From a virus, in IMG/VR virus record IMGVR_UViG_3300042864_001285: a DNA stretch of 64,000 nt. One strand, 5' to 3'. The notes under the pieces were generated by a model that saw only the letters and a list, made by a program, of their open reading frames with translations, was not told the DNA's origin and did no database searches. Positions 15,391 to 24,940 of the stretch are shown here, piece by piece (positions within the stretch are counted from its first letter, which is position 1; the number at the start of each line of letters is the position of its first letter). The position numbers and the translations under genes are program-made.

Positions 15391-16554
15391 ATGGAGAACT
15401 TTATGAATCGTAATGCAAAAGCATTCGTCCAAGCCGCATCTGAGATTTTCGGTGAGAATGCAATTTTGAGCCGTGACCAAATTCAACGTGTCGTTGATGA
15501 ACGGTCTGTTCCTTATCCCTTCTGGTTTGTCACTCGCCAAGAGTTTCGTTCTGGTCGTGGCCAATACCTTCTTCCTAATGCACCAAACGCCGTGTCATGT
15601 GATGTTGCAGTTGAAGAACCTGCCGTTGTCGAATTGACACAAACTGCCACTGTCCATGTTCTCCGTCAAAAGAAACTTGAAGACCATGCAGATACTTCTA
15701 TCCCTGAAAAATACCAAGGCTATGTCCCCTTTGGTTTCTACAAAGACCTGACCTCCATTGTACTCTCACAGGAATTCTTCCCTGTGTTCATTACTGGTAT
15801 GTCTGGTAATGGTAAGACACTCATGGTTGAACAAGTGTGTGCCACACTCAAACGTGAATGTATCCGTGTGAACATCTCCGTTGAGACTGATGAATCTGAC
15901 CTGATTGGTGGTCCAACACTTATCGATGGTAACGTGGTGTACCGTGATGGTCCTGTGATGACTGCCATGAAACGTGGTGCAATTCTCTTGATTGACGAAG
16001 TTGACCGTGGTTCAAACAAACTGATGTGCCTTCAAGGTATTCTTGAAGGCAAACCTTACTTCAACAAAAAGTCTGGTGAATACATCTATCCAAAACGTGG
16101 CTTCAACGTTGTTGCAACTGCTAACACCAAAGGCCGTGGCTCTGAAGAGGGTCGTTACCTGTCACAGATTCTTGATGATGCGTTCCTTGAGCGTTTCAAC
16201 ATCACCGTTGAACAGGAATATCCTGAAGCCAAGGTTGAACTCAAGATTCTCAAACCATTGTTGAATGATGATGAGTTTGCCGAGAACCTTGTGAAGTGGG
16301 CTGACGTTATTCGTAAAACATTCGCCGAAGGTGGTGTTGATGAGATTGTCTCCACTCGCCGTTTGGTACACATTGCAAAGACTTATTCAATCTTCAAAGA
16401 CCGTTCGAAGGCAATTCAACTCTGTGTGAATCGTTTTGACCAAGAAACCAAAGATTCGTTCCTTGACCTGTACTCGAAAGTTGATATCAAAGTGGCGGAG
16501 GCAAACACTGCACCTGTGATGCCGACCTCACCTGATGATGAAGTGCCATTCTAA
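15391..16554 (+). CDS. cobS: CobS-like MoxR/AAA_5 ATPase
   Basis: Walker A GMSGNGKT and Walker B LLIDEVD sit within an AAA_5-like core. The length is 387 aa, typical of phage cobS. Confidence 0.6.
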   Translation: MENFMNRNAKAFVQAASEIFGENAILSRDQIQRVVDERSVPYPFWFVTRQEFRSGRGQYLLPNAPNAVSCDVAVEEPAVVELTQTATVHVLRQKKLEDHADTSIPEKYQGYVPFGFYKDLTSIVLSQEFFPVFITGMSGNGKTLMVEQVCATLKRECIRVNISVETDESDLIGGPTLIDGNVVYRDGPVMTAMKRGAILLIDEVDRGSNKLMCLQGILEGKPYFNKKSGEYIYPKRGFNVVATANTKGRGSEEGRYLSQILDDAFLERFNITVEQEYPEAKVELKILKPLLNDDEFAENLVKWADVIRKTFAEGGVDEIVSTRRLVHIAKTYSIFKDRSKAIQLCVNRFDQETKDSFLDLYSKVDIKVAEANTAPVMPTSPDDEVPF

Positions 16555-16570
16555 ACTGTGGTATTTTTCC

Positions 16571-16609
16571 AACAGAGTGGTTGCCACCAGACTGTCACTC
16601 TGTTACAAT
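16571..16609 (+). promoter_or_regulatory. PeSL-like: hairpin aacagagtg...cactctgtt with TTGCCA in the loop, then TACAAT
   Basis: A 9-bp stem encloses TTGCCA-N17-TACAAT. Confidence 0.45.
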
Positions 16610-16643
16610 TGAATCTGGTAAACTTTTTCTCAAAGGATATATT

Positions 16644-16961
16644 ATGCGTACTACCACTAAAATCAACCGTCACGAAAAAATTGCTTGCGTTATGCTCTCT
16701 GGCAAGCCTGTCTCTCCCGCTGAGATTGAGGCTTGCTTCAAAGGCAGTGACCAAGAAGGTGTTCTCTATCGCCTCTCCACAAACATCTACAACATCCGCA
16801 AAGATGGTGGAATTGTCCGTGTTTACAAAGATGGTCGAAAAGTGACTGCATATCAGTTGGTAAACTTTGACGAATTCTCTCCTGAAGGTCGTTATATCGG
16901 TAAAACTAAAACCGCACAAGTTGCCGTACAAGTAACCGAACAAGTTGCTGAGACTGTGTAA
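16644..16961 (+). CDS. hypothetical protein (105 aa)
   Basis: The SD AAAGGA precedes the ATG. Confidence 0.45.
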   Translation: MRTTTKINRHEKIACVMLSGKPVSPAEIEACFKGSDQEGVLYRLSTNIYNIRKDGGIVRVYKDGRKVTAYQLVNFDEFSPEGRYIGKTKTAQVAVQVTEQVAETV

Positions 16962-17572
16962 TGGCAATCAATACTCCTAATTGGGGTATTGACCCATATA
17001 CCGATATCAATTTCACATATAAAGATATTGATATAGACCACATGAATCATATCAAAAAGGTTTTGTTTGCAAAATTAAATTTATTGTTTTCTGGACTTCC
17101 AAGTGAATTGAGTGGCTTTCTACGTGACAAAGCAATTCTCACGGGTGGTGCAATTTCTTCACTCATGCATGATGAACCACCTAAAGACTATGATTTGTAT
17201 CTACAGGACAAAAATGACATAATGTTCTTCAAACAATATGTCAATGACATGAATAAAGATTTTATTCAGGACGCCGATGAAAAATATGTTGAAGTGCAGG
17301 TCGAAGGTAAATTGGTGACTGCAAATGCCACCACATTTAAAAATGGCCTTCAAGTGATTACACTTGCTACTGCTGATTCACGAAGCACATTTGATTTTGT
17401 GCATTGTATGCCGTGGTATAAAATTTCAAGCCACACACTTTACATTTCGAAGAAGCAATACAATGCAATTCTAAACAAACAATTGATTAAGAATCCGCAT
17501 AAAAATGCATTTGCACTTTCACATAAACGTATTGAAAAATACACTGCCAAAGGATGGAGTTTCCCTAAATGA
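16961..17572 (+). CDS. nucleotidyltransferase-fold protein (pol-beta superfamily minimal motif)
   Basis: LTGGAISS followed about 15 residues later by DYDLYL fits the hG[GS]...DhDh pattern. Confidence 0.4.
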   Translation: MAINTPNWGIDPYTDINFTYKDIDIDHMNHIKKVLFAKLNLLFSGLPSELSGFLRDKAILTGGAISSLMHDEPPKDYDLYLQDKNDIMFFKQYVNDMNKDFIQDADEKYVEVQVEGKLVTANATTFKNGLQVITLATADSRSTFDFVHCMPWYKISSHTLYISKKQYNAILNKQLIKNPHKNAFALSHKRIEKYTAKGWSFPK

Positions 17573-17745
17573 TTCGTATTATTTTTGCATTCATTGTGGT
17601 CTTTTTGATTTTCTTTTTCGGAATCAAAGTGTTCACCCAACTAAGTGGTAAAGAAAAGTGGGTTCTAACAAAACTATTTGCATATAGCATGGTCTGTGCT
17701 ATAATCACTGTTGTGTTCCTTGCTTCTATTGTTGTTCTCTTTTAA
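17569..17745 (+). CDS. 58-aa membrane protein with 2 TM helices
   Basis: It overlaps the upstream gene by ATGA and is not in the ORF track. It lies immediately upstream of the SPFH gene. Confidence 0.4.
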   Translation: MIRIIFAFIVVFLIFFFGIKVFTQLSGKEKWVLTKLFAYSMVCAIITVVFLASIVVLF

Positions 17746-17754
17746 AGGATTATT

Positions 17755-18567
17755 ATGTCTCGCTTTCTGAAAATTTCTGTTATCGCCGCCGCTGTTGCTA
17801 TGACTGCCGCATGTACCCGTATTGAAACGGGTGAGGTTGGTGTTCGTGTTGGCTTTGATAAACAAGTTCAATCTGGTGAATTGCTTCCAGGTTCTTTCAA
17901 CCAAACTTTGATTGGTAATGTACTTACATTCCCCGTTAAGGATGTGAACGTGGTCTTGGAGAATATGACTCCAGTGGCTAAAGACAACTCTACCATGAAA
18001 GACTTTGATGCTGTAGTTGTTTACAACATCAATCCACAAACTGTTGCTGAATTGTACTCCACTAAGAATAAAAGTTTCCACGCTGAATTCAAGGGTGATA
18101 CATATGTGATGTATAATTATGTTGTGCAAAATGCTCGTAATGCTATCTACAAAGCCGCTCGAAAGTATGAAGCATTGGACATGGCAGATGCCCGATCCGA
18201 CATGGAGAACTTTATCAAGGACGAAATCGTTCGCAACTTGGCAGAAGAAAAGTTGGATGGTCCCATCACTATCAGCCAAGTTATGATTCGTAGCGTTGTA
18301 CCTGCTGATTCTGTTGTTGCATCGGCTAACGATTTGGTTCGTTCAAAGAATGAATTCAAACAAAAGACTGTTGAAGTTGAAACTGCAAAGAAAGAAGCTG
18401 AACGTATTGCCGCTTTGAATTCAAATGCTGGTGCTATTCAATACATGGATGCTCAAACACGTATGACCCTTGCTGAAGCCGCTAAGATTCAAGCACAAGG
18501 TATCGCCGCCTTTAAGGGTAACACATTGGTGATTGGTGCTGGCGCTAACGTGAACGTAGGTAAATAA
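17755..18567 (+). CDS. SPFH/Band-7 (prohibitin/stomatin-like) domain lipoprotein
   Basis: The N-terminal signal peptide ends in a lipobox-like AAC. The SPFH-like core is followed by a coiled-coil tail. Confidence 0.55.
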   Translation: MSRFLKISVIAAAVAMTAACTRIETGEVGVRVGFDKQVQSGELLPGSFNQTLIGNVLTFPVKDVNVVLENMTPVAKDNSTMKDFDAVVVYNINPQTVAELYSTKNKSFHAEFKGDTYVMYNYVVQNARNAIYKAARKYEALDMADARSDMENFIKDEIVRNLAEEKLDGPITISQVMIRSVVPADSVVASANDLVRSKNEFKQKTVEVETAKKEAERIAALNSNAGAIQYMDAQTRMTLAEAAKIQAQGIAAFKGNTLVIGAGANVNVGK

Positions 18568-18758
18568 TGAAACTCAAATGCGGACCAAAAGACTATTCCG
18601 GTAAAATGCAATGGCACGATTGGTTCGCATGGTTTCCTGTTACTGTGGCAAACAACGACTGTCGATGGCTTGAAACTGTTGACAGGCGTGGTAACATAGA
18701 GTACACTATGGATGGTCGTCCTTATTGGAACTTTGAATACAGAGCAAAAGGAATTTAA
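18567..18758 (+). CDS. hypothetical protein (63 aa)
   Basis: It overlaps the upstream gene by TAATG. Confidence 0.4.
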   Translation: MKLKCGPKDYSGKMQWHDWFAWFPVTVANNDCRWLETVDRRGNIEYTMDGRPYWNFEYRAKGI

Positions 18759-19100
18759 AATGGAATTTTTTCACTTCTATCTTGATGCATGGAAATTTTG
18801 TACAGACAATCACATTGATACAAACAATATTAAGCGCCAAGATTGGGCGACATGGGTGGTAGAAGTAGATGCGCCGGAGGAGATTTAAAATCAACAAAAG
18901 CAGGTCTGCCGTATCCAAAAGAATTGATAGATGGCTTGCTGAAATTGGAAGAGGTGAATCACGGAGTGGTTCCAGGAAAACTAGAAAAAAACATGTTATA
19001 TGGGCTGGCATCAACAATATGTCTAAATTTAGAGCAAAAAGAATTGGTCACAAAACACCACCAAAAAGATTACTGTGGTGGAAAAATGAAGGTATACAAA

Positions 19101-20098
19101 TGAATGATAATAACGGTGAAATTTTCTTAGGTGCAAATGATATTGCGGACCTGCTCATAAGCAAAATTTTAAAAGAGCGTTCTGAACGCCAACTTGAAAC
19201 CTTTCAAACTAGGTTGAGCATGTATGCGACCAAAAAAGAATGGTTGGATTACATCGACACAATTCAGGATCTCCGCCGTTTTCAATATGAAAATGGAACC
19301 GGATATTTCTTTAATGATGATTCTTTGTCTTATTTGTTTTTCAACATTCACTCTACACACGTATCTGTTGAACTTGTGGGTGATGATGAATTTGTTGAGA
19401 AGTATGAAAAACAATTCGAAAATGATTTTGAGTTTGTAACGAACCAAATCGAATGGATCTATGCCGCTGATGGTTCTTCTATTGAGATTCCACTCCGCCA
19501 TGACCGTATGCCAGTTGAAGAAATGTATCCGTTTCTTGAAGATCAAACACTCGCTGAATTCTATGACAACTTCATGCATTCATCTGCATCTATTCTGTTG
19601 TTGATTGGACCACCAGGTACTGGTAAGACTACATTCATTCGTGGTCTACTACAACACTCTGAAGCATCCGCTATTGTGTCTTATGATTCAAACGTGTTGG
19701 AAAAAGATTATGTGTTCGCCAACTTTATTGAAGGTGAAAAGAACGTTCTCGTTCTCGAAGATGCTGATATGTTCTTGAAAGCACGTGCTGAAGGTAACAC
19801 AATGATGCACAAGTTTCTAAACGTTGGTGATGGTCTTGTGACTACACGAAACAAGAAACTCATTTTCTCAACAAACCTCCCATCTGTTCGTGATATCGAT
19901 CCTGCACTGATTCGTCCAGGTCGTTGCTATGACATTATACACTTTGAAGAACTGACACAATCACAAGCTGAAAAGCTGGCAACAAAAGTTGGAACTAAAT
20001 TGAATCGTGAACGTATATCATGGTCCATTGCCGATGTGTTTTTTGAACAAAACACAAACATGAAAAAGCCTGTAGAAAGAAAAATGGGGTTTATATGA
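19101..20098 (+). CDS. classic AAA+ ATPase
   Basis: It has Walker A GPPGTGKT, Walker B VLVLEDAD and the Arg finger region RPGR. I placed the start at 19101, after the SD AAGG. Confidence 0.55.
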
Positions 20099-20295
20099 GA
20101 TATGAAATTTCTGATCAGTATCAACAATATCAATATTTTCTCGATGTTGAAGATATTCGTGAACTAAAACATGTAACACTTTCGATTAAATATCAAGGTG
20201 CTAAGTTTCCTGATGCCATCCAGTCTAAGGTTGAGTTTTTCCTGAACCCTGGTGAATGGAATCGACTGGTCGACACTCTGGCTAGCATTAAGTGA
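20095..20295 (+). CDS. hypothetical protein (66 aa)
   Basis: It overlaps the upstream gene by ATGA. Confidence 0.4.
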   Translation: MRYEISDQYQQYQYFLDVEDIRELKHVTLSIKYQGAKFPDAIQSKVEFFLNPGEWNRLVDTLASIK

Positions 20296-20300
20296 CCTAG

Positions 20301-20331
20301 GCGCTCCAGGACGTTCCTGGTGCGTCTTTTT
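20301..20331 (+). terminator. rho-independent terminator
   Basis: The hairpin gcgctccagg-acgtt-cctggtgcg is followed by TTTTT. Confidence 0.5.
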
Positions 20332-20365
20332 CTGTTGTTTTTTTGCAACAAACGTGAAATAACAC

Positions 20366-20394
20366 TTGCCATTCTACTTGGTTTATGTTATAAT
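20366..20394 (+). promoter_or_regulatory. sigma70-like promoter TTGCCA-N17-TATAAT
   Basis: The ATG at 20400 lies 5 nt after the -10. Confidence 0.5.
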
Positions 20395-20399
20395 ATATT

Positions 20400-20657
20400 A
20401 TGAACGCAAATTATTTTCGTATGTTAATCTCAGATGAGATTCGTGAAACTATCATGTGGTCCGGTCTCGCTGAAAATTTCCGTGATATCCGAACCAAAGA
20501 AGTTGATTCAAAAGGTAAAACCTTTTATCGCCTGAAAATGATTGAAGGTGAGATTTTGGTGTATTCACCGAAGGTCATCTATATCAATGGCCACAAAACC
20601 CATTCGGTACATGAGGCTAAACGGCACCTTCAATACAACTACATTGAAAAACTTTAG
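20400..20657 (+). CDS. hypothetical protein (85 aa)
   Basis: It follows the promoter directly. Confidence 0.45.
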   Translation: MNANYFRMLISDEIRETIMWSGLAENFRDIRTKEVDSKGKTFYRLKMIEGEILVYSPKVIYINGHKTHSVHEAKRHLQYNYIEKL

Positions 20658-20774
20658 ACATGGCATTCTATGGAATCCATGTTGCACTGCAACAAAAACT
20701 CCTATATAATCTAAGTAGTAACGCTAATGTAGATTACTATTTTTATTAACCCTCGCTAAATTTAGGAGAAAAAA

Positions 20775-20993
20775 ATGTTCGCAACAGACACATTCATCGA
20801 TACCGTCCAAGGTTCTAAAAAGTATTTTGTATCCGCTTTCATTACTGATGAAAAGATTCGCAAGCCATTAAATGCATTTGTTGATGCACAAACTGCATTC
20901 ACAAAACAAATCTTCAAATCATTTACTGAAGTTTCGAAACATATAACAGACGAAGCTACAAATGCTGTTCAAAAAGCGGCTAAAGCTGTCTAA
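20775..20993 (+). CDS. hypothetical protein (72 aa)
   Basis: The SD AGGAG precedes the ATG. Confidence 0.45.
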   Translation: MFATDTFIDTVQGSKKYFVSAFITDEKIRKPLNAFVDAQTAFTKQIFKSFTEVSKHITDEATNAVQKAAKAV

Positions 20994-21097
20994 ATAATTG
21001 GAGACAAACATGTCTTTAATTAAACAAACATTGGAAATGATTTGCGATTTTCTAACTGAATTTCGTAAGAATCCAAAGAATACAGGAATGTACTAAA

Positions 21098-21262
21098 ATG
21101 CAAGAAAAAATTGAACAAGAATTTGATAAGATGATTGCTGAAATGCAAGCATTGGAAAAAAGAATTCAAGAATTGAATGTTAGTGGTATTCGTGTGAACG
21201 AAGAATTATCCGCAACAGTTGAAATTTTAAAGAATCAGATTGATGCCGTGACACCTAAATAA
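21098..21262 (+). CDS. small coiled-coil protein (54 aa)
   Basis: The ATG follows GGAATG. It is not in the ORF track. Confidence 0.3.
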   Translation: MQEKIEQEFDKMIAEMQALEKRIQELNVSGIRVNEELSATVEILKNQIDAVTPK

Positions 21263-21344
21263 ATCATCTGAAACAATTCTGGTTTTATTATGGACAATTT
21301 TGAGTTATTCCTGGAACAGGTAAAGATATATCAAGAAATCGAAG

Positions 21345-21399
21345 AACGCCGAAAAAAGAGGCTTTATGCCTTGACATTCGGCGTTTTTTGTTTTATAAT
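21345..21399 (+). promoter_or_regulatory. PeSL-like: hairpin aacgccgaa...ttcggcgtt enclosing TTGACA, then TATAAT
   Basis: TTGACA-N17-TATAAT has both consensus hexamers. Confidence 0.55.
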
Positions 21400-21436
21400 G
21401 TCAGTTGGGTTTTATTTTTTTTATTGAGAGGTTATT

Positions 21437-21745
21437 ATGTCTACATTCGTTGAAGTTAATTCGATTGCACCTAAAAACTGCAAACTCATTGTCAATCTTG
21501 ACAATATCATTGAGATTGCTCCACTTGTTGCTGGTGGTTGTGTTCTTTATTTCTCCGCAATTGAAGCTGGCGGTCCACGTACCATGACGGTATCTGATGA
21601 CTATAAAGCATTCATGCAATTTGCAATGCAAACAGTTTCTGCTGATGATATTGCGAAACGTTTTCCCAAAGCAAAGCCTAATATGTCAAACATCAAAGCA
21701 CAAGAGGAAGGCAAGGGTGTTGAGTTTGATATTCCAAAATTATAA
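21437..21745 (+). CDS. hypothetical protein (102 aa)
   Basis: The SD GAGAGG precedes the ATG. Confidence 0.5.
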   Translation: MSTFVEVNSIAPKNCKLIVNLDNIIEIAPLVAGGCVLYFSAIEAGGPRTMTVSDDYKAFMQFAMQTVSADDIAKRFPKAKPNMSNIKAQEEGKGVEFDIPKL

Positions 21746-21750
21746 AATAA

Positions 21751-22038
21751 ATGAATAATTTATTTTTAGGTATATTTGGATGGATCAAAGATGATTATCG
21801 TACTCATCCTATTCGGTTTGCTATTGAGTTGCTTGCTTGGGCTATTTCTATTGGCTGTTCGATCACCATGGCTCTTACTGTGCCTAACCCACCACTTTTG
21901 GCGTTATACCCTATCTGGATTATTGGTTGTTCTCTGTATGCTTGGGCTGCTTATACTAGGAAATCTTTTGGGATGCTTGCTAACTACATGTTACTTGTAA
22001 CAATTGATTCAGTTGGTTTGATAAGAATGATTATGTGA
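21751..22038 (+). CDS. membrane protein (95 aa, multi-TM)
   Basis: The translation contains hydrophobic helices. Confidence 0.45.
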   Translation: MNNLFLGIFGWIKDDYRTHPIRFAIELLAWAISIGCSITMALTVPNPPLLALYPIWIIGCSLYAWAAYTRKSFGMLANYMLLVTIDSVGLIRMIM

Positions 22039-22049
22039 GTTATATGTAG

Positions 22050-22232
22050 ATGAAGTACAAACTTAATCAATATCTGAAATATTGGTGGAGCCTATGGGCA
22101 AAAGCGTTAGGTGAAAAAGCACATCCCAATGACCACAAAGCCGATAAGGTTGCCATCATACGCACTCTTATTGTATTATTGTATATCATCACAAATTTTT
22201 TTATTATTGCAGGCGTAATCCGCCATTGGTGA
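22050..22232 (+). CDS. small membrane protein (60 aa)
   Basis: The C-terminus has a TM helix. Confidence 0.4.
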   Translation: MKYKLNQYLKYWWSLWAKALGEKAHPNDHKADKVAIIRTLIVLLYIITNFFIIAGVIRHW

Positions 22233-22236
22233 AAAC

Positions 22237-22782
22237 ATGAACATCTTTTATCTTGACCCACATCCAAAAACTTGTGCTGAGATGCATATCTCAAAACATG
22301 TTGTAAAAATGATTATTGAGTATGCACAACTTATGTCTACTGCACACCGTGTACTTGACGGTGAAGAATACATCGATGCATCATCTGGCCGTAAAATCAA
22401 ACGCTGGCGCCTTGATGATGAACGTGAGCAACAGTTGATGAAAGCCTCACACATCAATCATCCTTCTGCTATCTGGTGCCGTGAAAATCTTGCAAACTAT
22501 ATGTGGCTCTACCGCATGTGGCTACACTTGCTAGAAGAATACACGTTTCGTTACGGTAAAATTCATGCATGTGCAAGGCTCAAAGATGCCCTCCGTTTTC
22601 CTCCAACCAAAATTGCAATCGGTGACTTCACTGAACCGACACCAGCGATGCCAAATGATATAAAAATTCCAGGTAATTCCTTGGCGTCTTATCACAACTA
22701 CTACAATATTTCGAAGCGTGGCTTTGCAACATGGCAAGGCAAAATCAATTCACGCCCAACTCCAACATGGTATCAACAATGA
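22237..22782 (+). CDS. denV: pyrimidine-dimer DNA glycosylase (T4 endonuclease V / DenV-like)
   Basis: The C-terminal RPTPTWY parallels T4 EndoV RPTWY (recalled). The size and N-terminal region are broadly compatible. Confidence 0.4.
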   Translation: MNIFYLDPHPKTCAEMHISKHVVKMIIEYAQLMSTAHRVLDGEEYIDASSGRKIKRWRLDDEREQQLMKASHINHPSAIWCRENLANYMWLYRMWLHLLEEYTFRYGKIHACARLKDALRFPPTKIAIGDFTEPTPAMPNDIKIPGNSLASYHNYYNISKRGFATWQGKINSRPTPTWYQQ

Positions 22783-23048
22783 GAAATACACAAACGGTGA
22801 TGGCCGTACTTCAGGAAGAATGTGCAGAAGTGATTCAAGCTGTATCTAAAATCAATCGTTTTGGTATGCACGGTGAATGGCAAGGCGTCACAAATAGACA
22901 GTCACTTGTTACAGAGATTGGTGATGTTTTAGCAATTATCAAAGTATTGATGGAAGAAACCGATATAAATATCACTGAGAACGATTTAAATGTCGCCATT
23001 CAGGCCAAACTTAAAAAACTTGAAATATTTTTACCATATGATACTTGA
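22779..23048 (+). CDS. mazG: MazG-like nucleoside triphosphate pyrophosphohydrolase
   Basis: It overlaps the upstream gene by ATGA. The EExxE-type motif QEECAEVIQA is present, and the size is about 89 aa. Confidence 0.55.
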   Translation: MRNTQTVMAVLQEECAEVIQAVSKINRFGMHGEWQGVTNRQSLVTEIGDVLAIIKVLMEETDINITENDLNVAIQAKLKKLEIFLPYDT

Positions 23049-23619
23049 TAATTTTTTCCCATCTACGATTGGTCGAGAAGACCATCCAGAATGGGTTGAT
23101 GTTCTTTTACCTAAAGTGAAGAACTATTTCGAAACACAACCATCGAATCAAGATTTTTATGCGAATGGTAAGACCACGCATAACATGAACTTAGATTTGC
23201 CTACGCATCCGGACTATGCCGAATTCTGTCAATTCATTATGGGTAAGGGTCGCAACTTTCTGGAACTACAAGGTTACGATCCAGGTCCAATCAAATTTAA
23301 TCCATACTTCTTTTTGAATCATTTCAAAGAAGGTTCGGCACATCCAAAACATGTACACTCACAATGTACTATCTCAGGTATTTTCTACCTGCAAACACCA
23401 CCAGGCTCCGCTGACATTAGGTTTTCACCTAATCAACCATTCAGAGATTTCTTTGATTACATGTTTCATGTAAAAGATCCAACCAACTGGTACGCATACA
23501 AACACTTTGATTACAAACCATATCCAGGTCTCTTGATGATGTGGCCTGCATGGCTTTACCATGAAGTGATGCCAAATCAATCCACCGATCCACGTATTTC
23601 AATTGTATTTAATTTATAA
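23038..23619 (+). CDS. 2OG-Fe(II) oxygenase superfamily protein
   Basis: HPKHVHSQ...ISGIFYL and a C-terminal HEV place it in the double-stranded beta-helix family. It is a common cyanophage accessory gene. Confidence 0.5.
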   Translation: MILDNFFPSTIGREDHPEWVDVLLPKVKNYFETQPSNQDFYANGKTTHNMNLDLPTHPDYAEFCQFIMGKGRNFLELQGYDPGPIKFNPYFFLNHFKEGSAHPKHVHSQCTISGIFYLQTPPGSADIRFSPNQPFRDFFDYMFHVKDPTNWYAYKHFDYKPYPGLLMMWPAWLYHEVMPNQSTDPRISIVFNL

Positions 23620-23900
23620 TGCCTACCTACACATTCAAAAACTCAAACACAGGTGAAGTTGAGGAACATATTCTTAAACTATCCGAATACGATAAATTCA
23701 AAGAAGATAACACACATCTGGAGCGTTACTTTGCTTCGGAAGATTTGCCTAGGTTCTCCGATGCGGCTCGTATGAGCGTTCCAGGAACCAAGTCTTACGA
23801 TTCTGCATTCGAGAAAGGGGTTATTCAACGTATTAAAGAGTCTGTCCCAGGAAACACGTTAGCAAAATCACACAAAACGAAAATGGGCAGGGAATGGTAA
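23619..23900 (+). CDS. hypothetical protein (93 aa)
   Basis: It overlaps the upstream gene by TAATG. Confidence 0.45.
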   Translation: MPTYTFKNSNTGEVEEHILKLSEYDKFKEDNTHLERYFASEDLPRFSDAARMSVPGTKSYDSAFEKGVIQRIKESVPGNTLAKSHKTKMGREW

Positions 23901-23923
23901 TCAACTAACAACAAGGGGTATTA

Positions 23924-24694
23924 ATGGCCAGTAGAAAATCTCCGGTACAAAAAAGAAATGATGTTATTAGTATGGATGAATATACACATACACATCAACC
24001 GGCAATAAACAATACACTAAAAATCAAATTAGATCATCTAAAAACGTTTGAGCCATTAACAGAAAATCAAAGGTTATTCTTTGATGCATACAAAAGAGGA
24101 GACTATTTCTTAGCACTCCATGGTGTAGCAGGCACCGGAAAAACATTCTGTGCATTGTATAAGGCACTAGAAGAAGTTCTCGATAAAAATAATCCATTTA
24201 AGAAAGTTATCATTGTTCGTTCTGCCGTACAAGGTCGGGAAATCGGTCACTTGCCAGGTGATGTAACGGAGAAAATGGAGATTTATCAACAACCATATGT
24301 TCAAATTTGTGATACACTTTTTGGTAGAAAAGATGGTTATCAAAGGTTGGCTGAACAAGGTTTTGTAGAATTCATCTCAACCTCATTCATTCGGGGTATG
24401 TCATTTGATGATGCAATTATTATTGTGGATGAAATGCAGAACATGACATTCGAGGAAATTGATACTGTAATGACACGTGTTGGTTACCGTTCAAAGATTA
24501 TTTGGTGTGGTGATTACCGCCAAACAGACTTAAACAAGAAGAAGAATGATGTATCTGGTATTCTCAAATTCTTTGATGTTGCATATCACATGAAAGCATT
24601 TACAAAGATTGAATTTACTGTTGATGATATCGTCCGTAGTTCTCTCGTTAAAGATTACATTATTGCCAAACTTAAATATGAGGATGCAGAATGA
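23924..24694 (+). CDS. phoH: PhoH-like ATPase
   Basis: It has Walker A GVAGTGKT, Walker B IIIVDEMQN and the PhoH-typical GDYRQTDL. Confidence 0.75.
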   Translation: MASRKSPVQKRNDVISMDEYTHTHQPAINNTLKIKLDHLKTFEPLTENQRLFFDAYKRGDYFLALHGVAGTGKTFCALYKALEEVLDKNNPFKKVIIVRSAVQGREIGHLPGDVTEKMEIYQQPYVQICDTLFGRKDGYQRLAEQGFVEFISTSFIRGMSFDDAIIIVDEMQNMTFEEIDTVMTRVGYRSKIIWCGDYRQTDLNKKKNDVSGILKFFDVAYHMKAFTKIEFTVDDIVRSSLVKDYIIAKLKYEDAE

Positions 24695-24939
24695 GTACCG
24701 AACATGATAAAATCAAACACAGCAAACGCATTCATGCTGATGAAACGGCAATAAAAAAACAGGTGAAGATTGCAAAGTCTCATGGTATTGAAGTGAAAGA
24801 GCCACACAAGCTGGCGAAACACCATGCATTAGACTGTGGTCGACCTGGTTGTATCATGTGTGGAAATCCACGCAAAATTTGGAAAGAAGAAACGATACAA
24901 GAGAAACGTTTCAAACAGATTGAGGTTGAATTAGAATAA
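24691..24939 (+). CDS. hypothetical basic protein (82 aa)
   Basis: It overlaps the upstream gene by ATGA. Confidence 0.45.
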   Translation: MSTEHDKIKHSKRIHADETAIKKQVKIAKSHGIEVKEPHKLAKHHALDCGRPGCIMCGNPRKIWKEETIQEKRFKQIEVELE

Positions 24940-24940
24940 T

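Noticed and set aside
17674-18279. 201-aa minus-strand ORF
   Set aside because: It is antisense to the SPFH gene, which has a signal peptide and a conserved domain. It has no independent support.
21290-21427. 46-aa plus-strand ORF running through the 21345-21399 PeSL
   Set aside because: It would be interrupted by its own terminator hairpin and promoter. It is more likely regulatory sequence than coding.
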